Assembly: GCA_964566135.1 (NCBI GenBank)
Contig: CAZMHM010000001.1
Coordinates: 5,829 to 69,828 of the forward strand
Length of the DNA: 64,000 bases
Reading direction: 5' to 3'
Source: an uncultured Candidatus Saccharibacteria bacterium
Lineage (GTDB): Bacteria; Patescibacteriota; Saccharimonadia; Saccharimonadales; CAIOMD01
The translations under genes were made by a program, and so were the position numbers. The notes beneath the pieces were generated by a model. That model was not told where the DNA came from, searched no databases, and saw nothing but the letters and a program-made list of their open reading frames with translations. Shown here in pieces: positions 45,134-55,464 of this stretch (position 1 is its first letter; each line of letters starts with the position of its first letter).

Positions 45134-45832
45134 TTAAGTCTTAAAAACCCAAACATCAAGATTTGAAGTTTTGACATCACTAGCGAGAGATTTAACTCTC
45201 GCTTTTTTGATTACATTGCTCAAAACGGATTTTTTTGCATCACCTGGTCCGGGTATCAACCCAGCGTTTAATTTGAATTCGTAAGCCACAGCTCCCAGTA
45301 ATAGGTCGGCAAGCTGAATCATTTCAACACCTTTTGAATATGCACGAATGACACCAAGGGCAGGATTGTGTTCAAATTTTTGATTTCGATTGATTTTACG
45401 CTTTACTAATGCTTCAAACTGAGTACCTTTTGGGACACTCAAGTCATCCATGATGAGCATTGCTGATTCTTTGCGGCCTAAATTCGCGCAAACTTGCATA
45501 GCGGCAAAGGAAGTATAGGCTGAGTACAAGTTTCCATTGAAATGCTCTTTCAGGTCAAGGTCTGATTTCTTAAAAATATAACAGCTGAACTTTGCTTTAT
45601 CGTAGGTAAAGAATAAGTCAACAAATTTATTAATTACGGGTGCATTTTTATTGTAAATTTTACTCCACTTTATCTCATCATAGAAGGAAAGTTCGTCGCG
45701 TAGTTGTTTAATGGCCTCAAATAACTCCTCGGGCTTTTGTACTTTTATCATGGCTACACCAAAAAACTTATCTCTGGGAGAATTTAGTAGACCAGTTTCA
45801 TCAAAAAAACAGAACTGAACATTTTTATCCAT
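45134..45832 (-). CDS. DUF3800-family protein
   Basis: The N-terminus FCFFDETGLLNSPRDKFFGVAMI and the YDEIKWSKI motif fit the DUF3800 pattern. Confidence 0.6.
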   Translation of the reverse strand: MDKNVQFCFFDETGLLNSPRDKFFGVAMIKVQKPEELFEAIKQLRDELSFYDEIKWSKIYNKNAPVINKFVDLFFTYDKAKFSCYIFKKSDLDLKEHFNGNLYSAYTSFAAMQVCANLGRKESAMLIMDDLSVPKGTQFEALVKRKINRNQKFEHNPALGVIRAYSKGVEMIQLADLLLGAVAYEFKLNAGLIPGPGDAKKSVLSNVIKKARVKSLASDVKTSNLDVWVFKT

Positions 45833-46101
45833 TAAGCTGATTATATACTCGTTAAGCCTCCTCTACCAGGAATCAAACAATATAACTTGAATTTAACTTT
45901 TAATAAGTTCATATTATTAATAGATTCGTACCTTTGTGCGCTGGCGGATGAGAATCCTCTCGAAAAAACGTCGAGTTAGTGCGTCCCTACATCCTTAGCT
46001 GTCCTCCTCAAAATCTATCTTTTAGGTTTTGAGGTGGGGACATAGCTTAAGGATGTGCGGGTTACGCCCCTAATACAAACGCACGATGAGGAGATGTTGA
46101 T

Positions 46102-46272
46102 ATGGTCCATTTTAAGGTCTATCAAGATACTTTAGGCGGATGGCGATGGCGTTTAATAGCAGCCAACAACTATATTGTTGCTGTTAGTAGCGAATCATAT
46201 GATTCAAAGCAAGGCGCAGTTGATTCCGCTGACTGGGTAAGGAGAAACGGGCCTACAGCTCCAATCTTCTAG
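46102..46272 (+). CDS. DUF1508 (YegP-like) small protein, 56 aa
   Basis: MVHFKVYQDTLGGWRWRLIAANNYIVAVSSESYDSKQGAVDSADWV fits the YegP repeat consensus. A GAGGAG ribosome-binding site lies upstream. Below the ORF-track cutoff. Confidence 0.6.
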   Translation: MVHFKVYQDTLGGWRWRLIAANNYIVAVSSESYDSKQGAVDSADWVRRNGPTAPIF

Positions 46273-46416
46273 TCCAGCTTCCGCCAGCGCATTGAGATAC
46301 GAATTAAAAGTACTCCATTGACAAACATAAGCGTCAGTGATATTATGCAACTGTACTTTTACAAGTAACATAGTCACTGTCGCTAGATTGTTTAATGTTA
46401 CTTATCTTTGTAAGAA

Positions 46417-46475
46417 GCCGTAGCACTTCCATGGTAAGGAAGGGGTCCCGAGTTCAAATCTCGGTGACGGCTCCA
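46417..46475 (+). pseudogene. Truncated tRNA-Thr(GGU) copy lacking the D-arm (attR-like repeat)
   Basis: GCCGT is joined directly to AGCACTTCC...GGCTCCA. Relative to 44138-44212, the segment CATAGCTCAGTGGTAG is missing. Confidence 0.7.
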
Positions 46476-46477
46476 AA

Positions 46478-46515
46478 CGCCCATAATGTACATAAAAATA
46501 CATTGTGGGCGTTTT
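46478..46515 (+). terminator. Intrinsic terminator after the tRNA-Thr remnant
   Basis: 13-bp stem CGCCCATAATGTA...TACATTGTGGGCG followed by TTTT. Confidence 0.65.
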
Positions 46516-46583
46516 GACCCTTGTACAACAGCTAATTTTCTGCTAATATATACTTTGAATTTCAACTAGAGGCATTAATTTTT

Positions 46584-46787
46584 ATGGCAAAGAAAACCCT
46601 AAAACGTAAGACTATCGGACTGGTATGTGAAAACTGTGGCCAGCGCCATCACTATACTGTTAAAAATACCCAAAATACACCAGACAAGATTAGCTTGCGC
46701 AAATATTGCCCAACTACTCGTAGCTACACAACGCACACAGAGACGACCAAGAACCTTGGACGTAACGTCGTAAAAGCTAAAAAGTAG
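46584..46787 (+). CDS. rpmG: 50S ribosomal protein L33 with a C-terminal extension
   Basis: CENCGQRHHYTVKNTQNTPDKISLRKYCPTTRSYTTHTE parallels the L33 core (xTxKNxxxxPxKLxLxKYxPxxRxxTxHxE). Confidence 0.8.
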   Translation: MAKKTLKRKTIGLVCENCGQRHHYTVKNTQNTPDKISLRKYCPTTRSYTTHTETTKNLGRNVVKAKK

Positions 46788-46805
46788 TATTTATTTAGAC
46801 TTACT

Positions 46806-46834
46806 AAAAAGACCGGCATACTCCGGTCTTTTTT
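46806..46834. terminator. Bidirectional intrinsic terminator between rpmG and the GH15 gene
   Basis: An A-run, GACCGG-catact-CCGGTC, then a T-run. Confidence 0.7.
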
Positions 46835-46851
46835 AATGTCAAAAGTATAGT

Positions 46852-48789
46852 CTAGCTTTCGCCGGCAATATCTAAGACGGTATTAATAAATTCGGCATGG
46901 CTCCATACTAATGGCGCTACACCAACAGGGCCACCATACGTTGGGTCAATCTGCTCGCTTAAGGTACCACTTGGCATAGCATTGTTCTTTGTCCAGTCTA
47001 CTAACGCACGAGCTTTATCTACTTGCTTTGTTTGCACGTAATATTGGGCGAGCCACAGCGTACATACATACCAAGGGTTTGGTGACCTATCTTCGCCGCG
47101 GCGCATATACCAGTCGTTTTCGTACCTAAATATGCCACCTGCGTTTTCTGGGTTGGTTAAGAACTGCTCTACGGCGGCTGCAGTCTGGGCTAGGCTTGCG
47201 TTATCGGCCTTGGTGCCACCAAACATCAAGAACCCATACAGGCTCGAAATATCTATAGTGTTATCAAACTTAAGCGAACCGTCTGGCTGCATATAATAGC
47301 CTTTACGGAATGCTTGGCGGTCTGGATCAAACAGTAGCTTAGAAGCATCGTGGATTTGCGCAGCGGCTTTTTGCCAATTAACGGCATCGTCTGGGTACTC
47401 AAACATATCCGCAAACTCAGCGGCACGGGTAAGGGCATGTTCTACAACTACACACGTATAGCTGTTGGTCAAGAACTTTTCTTCCCATAGGTCGTAACTT
47501 GCGTGCGGTAGGCCGGTGGCTTCATCTATAAAGCTCGCCATAAAGTTAGCAGCTGGCTGAATAAGCGTTGAATATAACGAACGCACAAACTCTTTATCTT
47601 TAGAATAATCATATAGTTCGCCAAGCATCACAATTACAATAGCGGTTTCGTCTTCTTGGATGGCGAGTTCTTTGCGATTTTCGTGCACGAGAGGGTGCCA
47701 GGTGCTACCAATGGCGCGATCTGGCTGGTATTTGTGCATCAGGTAGCCACCGCGGTCTAGCGTGTCGCGACAGAATTCAAAGAATCGTTTTGGTTCTTCG
47801 GTATAGCCAAGACGGATAAGCGGCCACATAGCGTATGCGCCATCACGAGGCCAGCAGTAACAGTAATAGTCGCGGCCATAGTTAAAGATGCTACTATCGC
47901 CACTTGCAAGCACACCACCGCGCTTGTCACTGTGAGCTTTAATAATCATCAATGATTTTTTAGCTAGTTCTAGGTATGGTTTATCGATGCTATGCAGGGC
48001 ATTTGCGCCAGTGCTAAGCCATTCATGCCAATAGGCTCGCTGCGCGTACTCACGCTTTTCCATGCCTTGCTTGATAAACTCAACGTTAATAGCTTCGCAT
48101 TCGTACTGAGATGCCGCAGCAATAATCCAGTAATCTAATTTACGTGTTTCATGTGGTTCTAAAGGTAATCGAAAGCGTACTACCGAATCAACACCGCCGT
48201 GCTCAACGGCATTACCCGAGAGCTCGCCATCCTCGGCATCTCTAAATGTGCCTTCTTTGCCTTCGATACCGTAGTTGCCAACCGAATATTGATCAAACGG
48301 TTGGCTATTATCTGTTAAGCCGTTAATAAGTAAGGCGCAGCGTCCTTTGTAATCCAAAATGTAGTTTTCGTCTGGAACAAATAAGGCAGTATCTGCACGG
48401 CCAGAACGAGAGATTTGAAACACCTGATGCATAAAAACCCGCACATCGCGGGCTCTATCAGATGTATTACAGACATTTATACGCCGCACGAACGCATTGT
48501 GTGCTTGGTCGACAAAGTCGTTAATATCTAAACGAACCTCTAATTTAGGGTTATCCATGCTGATGATGCTCATAAGCGCATCGCTATCGATATTGATAGA
48601 AATGTTCCAATCGCCACCATCAACCCACGAAAACACACCATCAACCCAAATACCGATTTTATGATGCACACTCCGTGCATTGGTAAGGTTTTCTAAGCCA
48701 ACATACGGGTAGTAAAAGTCATGCACAAGGCCATGTTCGTTGAGACCAACCATCATCTGCCCATTACTTAACATAACTGGTCGGGCCAT
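46852..48789 (-). CDS. Glycoside hydrolase family 15 protein (glucoamylase/glucodextranase-like)
   Basis: 645 aa with an N-terminal beta-sandwich and an (alpha/alpha)6 C-terminal region. Motifs YCYCWPRDGAYA and WEE...SYT are typical of bacterial GH15. Confidence 0.75.
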   Translation of the reverse strand: MARPVMLSNGQMMVGLNEHGLVHDFYYPYVGLENLTNARSVHHKIGIWVDGVFSWVDGGDWNISINIDSDALMSIISMDNPKLEVRLDINDFVDQAHNAFVRRINVCNTSDRARDVRVFMHQVFQISRSGRADTALFVPDENYILDYKGRCALLINGLTDNSQPFDQYSVGNYGIEGKEGTFRDAEDGELSGNAVEHGGVDSVVRFRLPLEPHETRKLDYWIIAAASQYECEAINVEFIKQGMEKREYAQRAYWHEWLSTGANALHSIDKPYLELAKKSLMIIKAHSDKRGGVLASGDSSIFNYGRDYYCYCWPRDGAYAMWPLIRLGYTEEPKRFFEFCRDTLDRGGYLMHKYQPDRAIGSTWHPLVHENRKELAIQEDETAIVIVMLGELYDYSKDKEFVRSLYSTLIQPAANFMASFIDEATGLPHASYDLWEEKFLTNSYTCVVVEHALTRAAEFADMFEYPDDAVNWQKAAAQIHDASKLLFDPDRQAFRKGYYMQPDGSLKFDNTIDISSLYGFLMFGGTKADNASLAQTAAAVEQFLTNPENAGGIFRYENDWYMRRGEDRSPNPWYVCTLWLAQYYVQTKQVDKARALVDWTKNNAMPSGTLSEQIDPTYGGPVGVAPLVWSHAEFINTVLDIAGES

Positions 48790-48792
48790 AGT

Positions 48793-50010
48793 TTAAACCG
48801 TAAAACCTTTCTCGGTCAGTCTAAACTTTACGTCGTGCCAGGCATTCATAAAGTTCGTAAACGCCTCGTACGGGGTCTTATACGGACTAAAGTATGCATG
48901 CACGTCTCCATCGTTGAACCATTTGGTACACATGTAATAAAAATGGTCACTGGTCTGCAAGCGGCGCCAATCTTCGATTAATTGCCAATCGCCACTTTGC
49001 ATGACAACATCTTGCAGGCTATACAGCGAGGTAATTGCCTCGTGCTGCATGCTATTGCCGAGCCAAGCTGTTAGGTCACGCTCGTTATCTGCCCAGGTGA
49101 TTGTATTTGGCACATCTACGGTATCGACTGCATCAAAGTAATCAATAGCTTCTGAGATTGTCATAAATGTGCGGTCTTCGCGGCTATTCTTCCAGAACTC
49201 AGGGAAACTACGCAAGAAATCGAAGATACCAGTCTCTGCCCATTGGTGCTCGCCAAAGGTCTCGTAGTCCATAAACAAGTTAAATACCTGTGCATTGTCG
49301 CCAGCCGCACCAAGCCAGTGTGCGTATTTATCGGCAGTAAGCGGCCATTCGCTCCAGTTTTTATCACCAAACCTAAAGGCAATATCATCGCTTAAGTGAT
49401 AATTCTTCATCATTAGGCGAATATTATTTGTATACGTAGGTCGATATACAAAGTTAGGGCTACGCCAACCCAAGATTGGATCCCAACCCTCGGTAATAAT
49501 ACCTTTGTATCCTGCTTTATCGGCCCAGTATGCTAAATCATTGTTGTAGCTTAGCTCGGTATTACGGAACACGGTTGGTGTTACGCCAAAGAGCTTTTGT
49601 ACTTTTTCGCGGTGCATAGCAACTTGTGCTTCGAACTCTGCCTTTGAATAGAAGAACGCAAGGCTGTGGTGATAGGTCTCGGCAACAATCTCGACACGTC
49701 CGGTTGCTACTAGCTCTTGAAAACTTGCTAGCACTTGTGGGGCATATTGTTCGAACTGATCTAGAATTGTGCCCGTGATAGACATACTTACCTTAAAATC
49801 TGGGTAGGTATCTAACAGTTCTTTTAATACTTTATTGGTTGGCAGGTACGATTTTTCGGCAACTTTATCGATGATAAAGTGATTATTTGTATCTACGTAT
49901 GGGGTTTCGTCGTTAAAGTAATTATGATCCGCGCCGGCGTCAAAAATAGTGTAGTGCTTTATACGGTAGGGTTGGTGTACGTGCAAATACAGGCAGATAG
50001 CTTGTTTCAT
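48793..50010 (-). CDS. Glycoside hydrolase family 57 protein
   Basis: The N-terminus ICLYLHVHQPYR and later DYETFGEH motifs are typical of GH57. The ATG at 50010 forms an ATGA overlap with the upstream gene's stop. Confidence 0.75.
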   Translation of the reverse strand: MKQAICLYLHVHQPYRIKHYTIFDAGADHNYFNDETPYVDTNNHFIIDKVAEKSYLPTNKVLKELLDTYPDFKVSMSITGTILDQFEQYAPQVLASFQELVATGRVEIVAETYHHSLAFFYSKAEFEAQVAMHREKVQKLFGVTPTVFRNTELSYNNDLAYWADKAGYKGIITEGWDPILGWRSPNFVYRPTYTNNIRLMMKNYHLSDDIAFRFGDKNWSEWPLTADKYAHWLGAAGDNAQVFNLFMDYETFGEHQWAETGIFDFLRSFPEFWKNSREDRTFMTISEAIDYFDAVDTVDVPNTITWADNERDLTAWLGNSMQHEAITSLYSLQDVVMQSGDWQLIEDWRRLQTSDHFYYMCTKWFNDGDVHAYFSPYKTPYEAFTNFMNAWHDVKFRLTEKGFTV

Positions 50011-51221
50011 GTTCGGCTCCCAACTAGTTGTGCGTGGTGCTCGTATGCGCCAACCATCTTTGATGCTGCTGCATCCCAAGACATCTTCATGAACTCAGCA
50101 TAACTTTGGATATGCAATTCATCACGCAAGCCATCGTGTTGCACAACAGATGTAATCATGTTGGCCATTTCGTTAACATCCCAAAAATCTACCTTTAAGC
50201 AGTTTGTTAAGACTTCTGAAACACCAGATTGTTTGCTAACGAGTACAGGTGTACCGTAAATGATTGCCTCGAGCGGTGTTAAGCCAAATGGTTCTGACGC
50301 ACTAGGCATGACAAACAAATCGGCAATAGCAAAGGCGTCTCTCAAGCGTTTACCGCGCTGAAAATCAGTAAAGATAACATTTTTTCCTATGCCCAAATCG
50401 GCTGATAACTGCAGTAGTTCTTGGTATTGCTCGCCACTACCAACAATCAAAAAGATTGTTTTTGGCGCACGTGCAACAACTTCTTTGGCGGCAAGTAGCA
50501 AATTATACAGACCTTTCTGTACTGTTAATCGTCCGATATTTGAAACGACGCGGTAGCCATTTTGTTTCATTTTTTCTAGGTAATGATAGGCGTTATTGGG
50601 GTCGAGGCTTTCATATGCATCAATATCAATACTGTTATGTACAACTTCAATCTTATCTGCAGGAATGTCGTATTCTTGCACGATTATATCTTTTGTTAGC
50701 TGGCTTACTGCCATCACGCGGTCGGCGATTAGCAGACCCATATACTCGATTTCGTGCACCATTGGGTTGCCACTTTTACCGCCAGCACGATCAAATTCGG
50801 TTGCGTGCACATGGGCAATCAGCGGTTTGCCACTGATTTCTTTAGCACGTAGCGCAGCCCTAAAAGTGAGCCAATCGTGAGCGTGGATAATATCGAATTC
50901 TCCAAGCTCAGCTATTTGCTCAACTGCGGCAGTGTAATTATCGGTATGGGTAAACAAATCGACATATTTTTGGGAGCCGTCACTGTAGGTATATTTAAAA
51001 CTATCGTATGCAATACCGCTTTTTTGGATATCTGTTGCACTATGAGGTGTCGCGGCCGTAACTTTCATAAAATCAATTTCGTCATGCGATGCGGTGTAGG
51101 GGACAATAAACTCAATATCGACGCCTTGCTTTGCAAGCGCCTTACACATTTGGTAGCATGCTACGCCAAGTCCACCACTGTTATGTGGGGGTAGTTCCCA
51201 CCCAAGCATTAGTACCCTCAT
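50007..51221 (-). CDS. Glycosyltransferase, glycogen/starch-synthase-like (GT4/GT5 fold)
   Basis: MRVLMLGWELPPHNSGGLGVACYQMCKAL N-terminus and EPFGLTPLEA C-terminal motif. Confidence 0.65.
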   Translation of the reverse strand: MRVLMLGWELPPHNSGGLGVACYQMCKALAKQGVDIEFIVPYTASHDEIDFMKVTAATPHSATDIQKSGIAYDSFKYTYSDGSQKYVDLFTHTDNYTAAVEQIAELGEFDIIHAHDWLTFRAALRAKEISGKPLIAHVHATEFDRAGGKSGNPMVHEIEYMGLLIADRVMAVSQLTKDIIVQEYDIPADKIEVVHNSIDIDAYESLDPNNAYHYLEKMKQNGYRVVSNIGRLTVQKGLYNLLLAAKEVVARAPKTIFLIVGSGEQYQELLQLSADLGIGKNVIFTDFQRGKRLRDAFAIADLFVMPSASEPFGLTPLEAIIYGTPVLVSKQSGVSEVLTNCLKVDFWDVNEMANMITSVVQHDGLRDELHIQSYAEFMKMSWDAAASKMVGAYEHHAQLVGSRT

Positions 51222-51371
51222 AGTATTTGTTCCGTTTTAATTTGCTTTTGATTAAAGTATAGATGACAACACCTTAAAGCACAACCAGTATTACGGATGA
51301 AAATAATCTGTTTTTATGCTAAAATAACTTGAAGAGGTTAACTAACCCGTAGATTGAGGCGGGAATTTTTT

Positions 51372-53195
51372 ATGTCTGACACAAATCACATCCGAAACAT
51401 TGCAATTATTGCGCACGTCGACCATGGTAAAACGACCATTGTCGACGCTATGCTAAAACAATCAAACACATTCCGCGACAACCAAGCGGAGATGCAAGCC
51501 CACCTAATTATGGACAGTGGCGATCAAGAGCGCGAACGAGGCATTACTATTAGTGCTAAGCAAACCGCAATTAACTACCTAGAGTACCGTATTAATATTA
51601 TTGATACGCCAGGACACGCCGATTTTAGTGGAGAGGTAGAACGCACTATGAACATGGCCGACGGTTGTCTGCTTATTGTTGATGCACAAGAAGGCCCAAT
51701 GCCGCAGACGAAGTTCGTACTTAAAAAAGCGCTAGAGGCAGGCTTAAAGCCAATTGTCGTTATTAACAAAATAGACAAGCGCGATTCACGTATCTTTGAA
51801 GTAGAAGATGAGATTGCAGACCTCTTTTTAGAGCTTGCTGTTGATGAAAGCCAGTTACATTACCCTACCTTTTACGCGATTGGTCGCGAAGGCAAGGCAT
51901 GGGACAGTCGCCCAGACGATATTAACGAAGATGCAGATTTGCGCGTTTTGTTAGACGCAATCTTAACCGAAATTCCAGCACCGCAAGGTGATGCAGATGC
52001 GCCGTTCCAAATGCTTATTACGGCATTATCGTGGGACAACTTTTTAGGAAAGTACGCAATTGGTCGTATTGCTCGTGGCAACGTTAGCGCTGGCCAGCAA
52101 ATTGCACTCATTAAAAAAGACGGTTCAAAAGTTACTGTTAAAGCAGATAAGCTATTTGTTAGCCAAGGTCTTGCACGTTTAGAACTCCAAACTGCAAGTA
52201 CTGGCGATATCGTATCTATTACTGGTGTTGGCAGTGCACAAATTGGCGAAACGCTTGCCGATTATAATCACCCAGAAGCATTACCAGTGCTTAAGGTTGA
52301 GGAACCAACGCTTAAGATTTCGATTAATCCTAATAGCTCACCATTTAAGGGCCAAGAGGGAGAATTTACAACATCACGTCAAATTGGCGATAGGTTACAA
52401 AAAGAACTCGAAACCAACATTGGGTTACGTGTCGAAGAAGAAGGCATTGGCTTTTTGGTTGCTGGCCGTGGCGAACTGCACCTTTCGGTACTTATCGAAA
52501 CGATGCGTCGCGAAGGGTTTGAGCTTGAAGTAGGCCGCCCACAAGTGGTTACGAAAGAAATCGATGGCGTCACTAACGAACCGGTAGAAGAATTGACCGT
52601 AGAAGTACCAGACGAACACGTTGGCCCCGTACAGCAAGAACTCGGTGCTCGCCGGGCAGAGCTTATCAAACAAGATTTAACAGGCCGTGGTGTAACACGC
52701 TTAATATACAAGCTTCCAACCCGAGCATTGCTTGGTTTGCGTAATATATTGCTAACTAATACGCGCGGTACCGTTGTAATGCATAGCCTTACGCTTGGCT
52801 ACGAGCCATTAGGCGCGCCACTGCAGCGATTGCGTAACGGAGTGCTCATTGCGTTTGAAACTGGTACTACAACGCCATATTCACTGCAAAATGCCGAGCA
52901 ACGTGGTACGTGTTTTGTTGGCCCTGGCACAAAAGTTTTTGCTGGCCAGGTAATTGGGCTTAACTCTCGTTCTGAAGATATGGAAATCAATGTTGTTAAA
53001 GAAAAGCAACTTACTAACATGCGAAGCAAGAGTAGCGATGGTACCGTACAGCTTACGCCACCAGTGATTATGAGCCTCGAGGAGTGCTTAGACTTTATCG
53101 AAAATGATGAATTGCTAGAAGTAACACCAAAATCACTCCGTTTGCGTAAGAAATTACTCGACCCAACACAGCGCAAACGAGCCACAAAACTGTAA
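51372..53195 (+). CDS. typA: Translational GTPase TypA/BipA
   Basis: [24 protein letters not shown] and NKID motifs, with the TypA-type C-terminus. The ATG at 51372 is preferred over the TTG at 51354. Confidence 0.92.
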   Translation: MSDTNHIRNIAIIAHVDHGKTTIVDAMLKQSNTFRDNQAEMQAHLIMDSGDQERERGITISAKQTAINYLEYRINIIDTPGHADFSGEVERTMNMADGCLLIVDAQEGPMPQTKFVLKKALEAGLKPIVVINKIDKRDSRIFEVEDEIADLFLELAVDESQLHYPTFYAIGREGKAWDSRPDDINEDADLRVLLDAILTEIPAPQGDADAPFQMLITALSWDNFLGKYAIGRIARGNVSAGQQIALIKKDGSKVTVKADKLFVSQGLARLELQTASTGDIVSITGVGSAQIGETLADYNHPEALPVLKVEEPTLKISINPNSSPFKGQEGEFTTSRQIGDRLQKELETNIGLRVEEEGIGFLVAGRGELHLSVLIETMRREGFELEVGRPQVVTKEIDGVTNEPVEELTVEVPDEHVGPVQQELGARRAELIKQDLTGRGVTRLIYKLPTRALLGLRNILLTNTRGTVVMHSLTLGYEPLGAPLQRLRNGVLIAFETGTTTPYSLQNAEQRGTCFVGPGTKVFAGQVIGLNSRSEDMEINVVKEKQLTNMRSKSSDGTVQLTPPVIMSLEECLDFIENDELLEVTPKSLRLRKKLLDPTQRKRATKL

Positions 53196-53219
53196 GTTTC
53201 GTATATACTTATTGCAAGC

Positions 53220-53951
53220 ATGGATCAATCAAAACAAGTAGGCGATGTGCGTGCTCAGCGTCAGGCGACAAATTACTTCGCTAATCGCTCTGAAGCAGGC
53301 AAAATTCTCGCTCAAAAGCTACAAAAGTACCGCTACGAAGACACAATTGTACTCGCGTTAAGCGAAGGTGCAGTACTTGTTGGTGCCGAAATTGCTCGCG
53401 AGCTGCATTCGCTGATTACTATGCTGCTTACGAAAGACGTGTATCTACCAGACGGCAGGACGCTTGTTGGCGTTATTGATGAGGTTGGTGGTTTTGTATA
53501 TAACAATGCATTTTCAACCGGTGAGATAGAAGAGCTCGAAAGCGAATATCGCAGTAATATAGAATTTGCCAAGATGCAGGCGATGCATGAGTTGCACGTA
53601 GCACTTGGGCAAGGTGGTCTCATTTCTACCGATTATTTTAGGAACAGGGTAGTAATTGTTGTTGCTGATGGGACGTTAAATGGTATGGCATTCGAAATGG
53701 CATACGATTACCTCAAGGGAATCCATACCGGTAAAATCATTATGGCAACACCAATTGCCGGTGTGCCAGCTGTTGATAGAATGCACATCTTGGCTGATGA
53801 ACTTATATGCTTAACTGCAACAGATAGTGTTTTTGATGTTGATCATTACTACGATGATAATAAAAAGCTAAGTCATCAGGACACTGTTAAAATTCTTAAT
53901 AACGTAATTTTGGATTGGCAAAAAACAGCCACTCCGAGCACTAACGCGTAA
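53220..53951 (+). CDS. Phosphoribosyltransferase-family protein
   Basis: RSEAGKILAQKL...VLALSEGAVLVGAEIA and VVIVVADGTLNG (PRPP-loop-like). Confidence 0.55.
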   Translation: MDQSKQVGDVRAQRQATNYFANRSEAGKILAQKLQKYRYEDTIVLALSEGAVLVGAEIARELHSLITMLLTKDVYLPDGRTLVGVIDEVGGFVYNNAFSTGEIEELESEYRSNIEFAKMQAMHELHVALGQGGLISTDYFRNRVVIVVADGTLNGMAFEMAYDYLKGIHTGKIIMATPIAGVPAVDRMHILADELICLTATDSVFDVDHYYDDNKKLSHQDTVKILNNVILDWQKTATPSTNA

Positions 53952-53954
53952 ACA

Positions 53955-54695
53955 ATGCACAAAGCTAAACTATTAGTTTTGGTTGCTTTAACCGTTGTAC
54001 TTGGTCTGATTATCGCTGGTTACCTTCGTATGGATGCAAAACAAAACAAAGTAAGCTCTGTACCAGCTGTAAGTAAACAAACCGAACAAGATAATACACA
54101 GGTACCACAAAACCCGAACTCTAAATTCATTAGTCTTTCAGAGGCCGCAAGCGAAACCGTAGTGGTCAATAAAAAACATCCGCTCCCCCCCGCGTATACC
54201 CCTGCCTCCCTAACTAATTTTGGCAGCGGGCAACTTCGTGCGCATGCAGCGACGGCTTTATCGCGCTTATTTATCGATGCCAACAATAATGGCATGAGCT
54301 TAAAATTGATTAATGGCTATCGATCATATGAAACTTGGCAAGTATTGTTTGATAGTTATGTAAATCGATTTGGTAAAGCTAGTGCAAGCCAGATGTTCCC
54401 ACGCCCTGGGTTTAGTGAACATCAAACCGGGCTCGCCGCTGATGTAGGCCTTGCAAGTGGAATATGTGATTTAGAACTTTGTTTTGCAGACACTACAACG
54501 TATGAATGGCTTGTAGAAAACGCACAAAATTACGGGTTCATTATTCGCTACCCTAAAGATATGACAGATGTAACGGGGTATCAGTTCGAACCATGGCACT
54601 TACGCTATGTTGGCGTAGATACAGCAAAGGCAATTAAAGCGTCAGGCAAAACGCTCGACGAGTATTTTAATATTCCAGCAGGTGACTATGAATAA
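53955..54695 (+). CDS. M15-family D-alanyl-D-alanine carboxypeptidase (VanY-like), membrane-anchored
   Basis: SEHQTGLAADV and EPWHLRYVG zinc-peptidase motifs. Confidence 0.8.
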   Translation: MHKAKLLVLVALTVVLGLIIAGYLRMDAKQNKVSSVPAVSKQTEQDNTQVPQNPNSKFISLSEAASETVVVNKKHPLPPAYTPASLTNFGSGQLRAHAATALSRLFIDANNNGMSLKLINGYRSYETWQVLFDSYVNRFGKASASQMFPRPGFSEHQTGLAADVGLASGICDLELCFADTTTYEWLVENAQNYGFIIRYPKDMTDVTGYQFEPWHLRYVGVDTAKAIKASGKTLDEYFNIPAGDYE

Positions 54696-55464
54696 AAAGT
54701 GGCTAGTAATTAGTATTTGTCTTGTCGTGGTATTAGGGCTGGGTGTATTTGGTGTTACGCGCTACAACTCGAGCCACACCAACAAGACCGCTAATGTCGT
54801 GTCAACAGCAAAGGTTCCAGAAGAAAAGCAGGGGGCTGTTGCTACTCCCGTTACGTCACCTAAGACCGCCCCTGAACCGCAGTATTCAACGACCGACCCA
54901 ACAAGCATTTGGATTATTGCGAATAAAAAGCACCCGCTGCCTACTGGATATTTGCCAACAGACTTATCGCGCCCTGATGTAGCGGTAAATGCGCAAAAGA
55001 GCGACGAAGAAAACACTATCAGGCAAATAATACAACCAAGCCTTAAGGCTATGTTTGCTGCCGCAAAAGCCGATGGCTTAAATCTATTTATGGCTAGTGG
55101 CTATCGTTCACCCTCATTGCAGGCTACATACTACAACAGCTATGTTGCACGTGATGGCGTAGAGGCTGCTAATCGGTATTCGGCAAAGCCTGGTACGAGC
55201 GAACATCAAACGGGGCTGGCACTTGATGTAGCAGCGGCTAGCCGTAACTGCTACTTAGATCAATGCTTTGCAACTACACCCGAAGGCAAATGGCTAGCAG
55301 CGAATGCGTATAAGTATGGATTTGTTTTGCGCTACCCTGACGGTAAAGAGTCAGAAACTGGCTATACGTTTGAGCCTTGGCATTTTAGGTATGTAGGCAA
55401 TGAGCTAGCAAAGACGGTAACCGAAAAACAACAAACACTCGAATCGTACTTTGGCTTACTTTAG
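54682..55464 (+). CDS. M15-family D-alanyl-D-alanine carboxypeptidase (VanY-like), tandem paralog
   Basis: SEHQTGLALDV and EPWHFRYVG motifs. Overlaps the upstream paralog by 14 nt. Confidence 0.8.
   Translation: MTMNKKWLVISICLVVVLGLGVFGVTRYNSSHTNKTANVVSTAKVPEEKQGAVATPVTSPKTAPEPQYSTTDPTSIWIIANKKHPLPTGYLPTDLSRPDVAVNAQKSDEENTIRQIIQPSLKAMFAAAKADGLNLFMASGYRSPSLQATYYNSYVARDGVEAANRYSAKPGTSEHQTGLALDVAAASRNCYLDQCFATTPEGKWLAANAYKYGFVLRYPDGKESETGYTFEPWHFRYVGNELAKTVTEKQQTLESYFGLL

Larger units (their letters stand above)
44213..46476. mobile_element. Approx. 2.3-kb islet bounded by a 55-nt direct repeat of the tRNA-Thr(GGU) 3' portion (probable integrated-element remnant; no integrase present)
   Basis: 44159-44213 and 46422-46476 are identical by eye. 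The interior is AT-rich and carries accessory-type genes (membrane protein, DUF3800, DUF1508). Confidence 0.45.
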
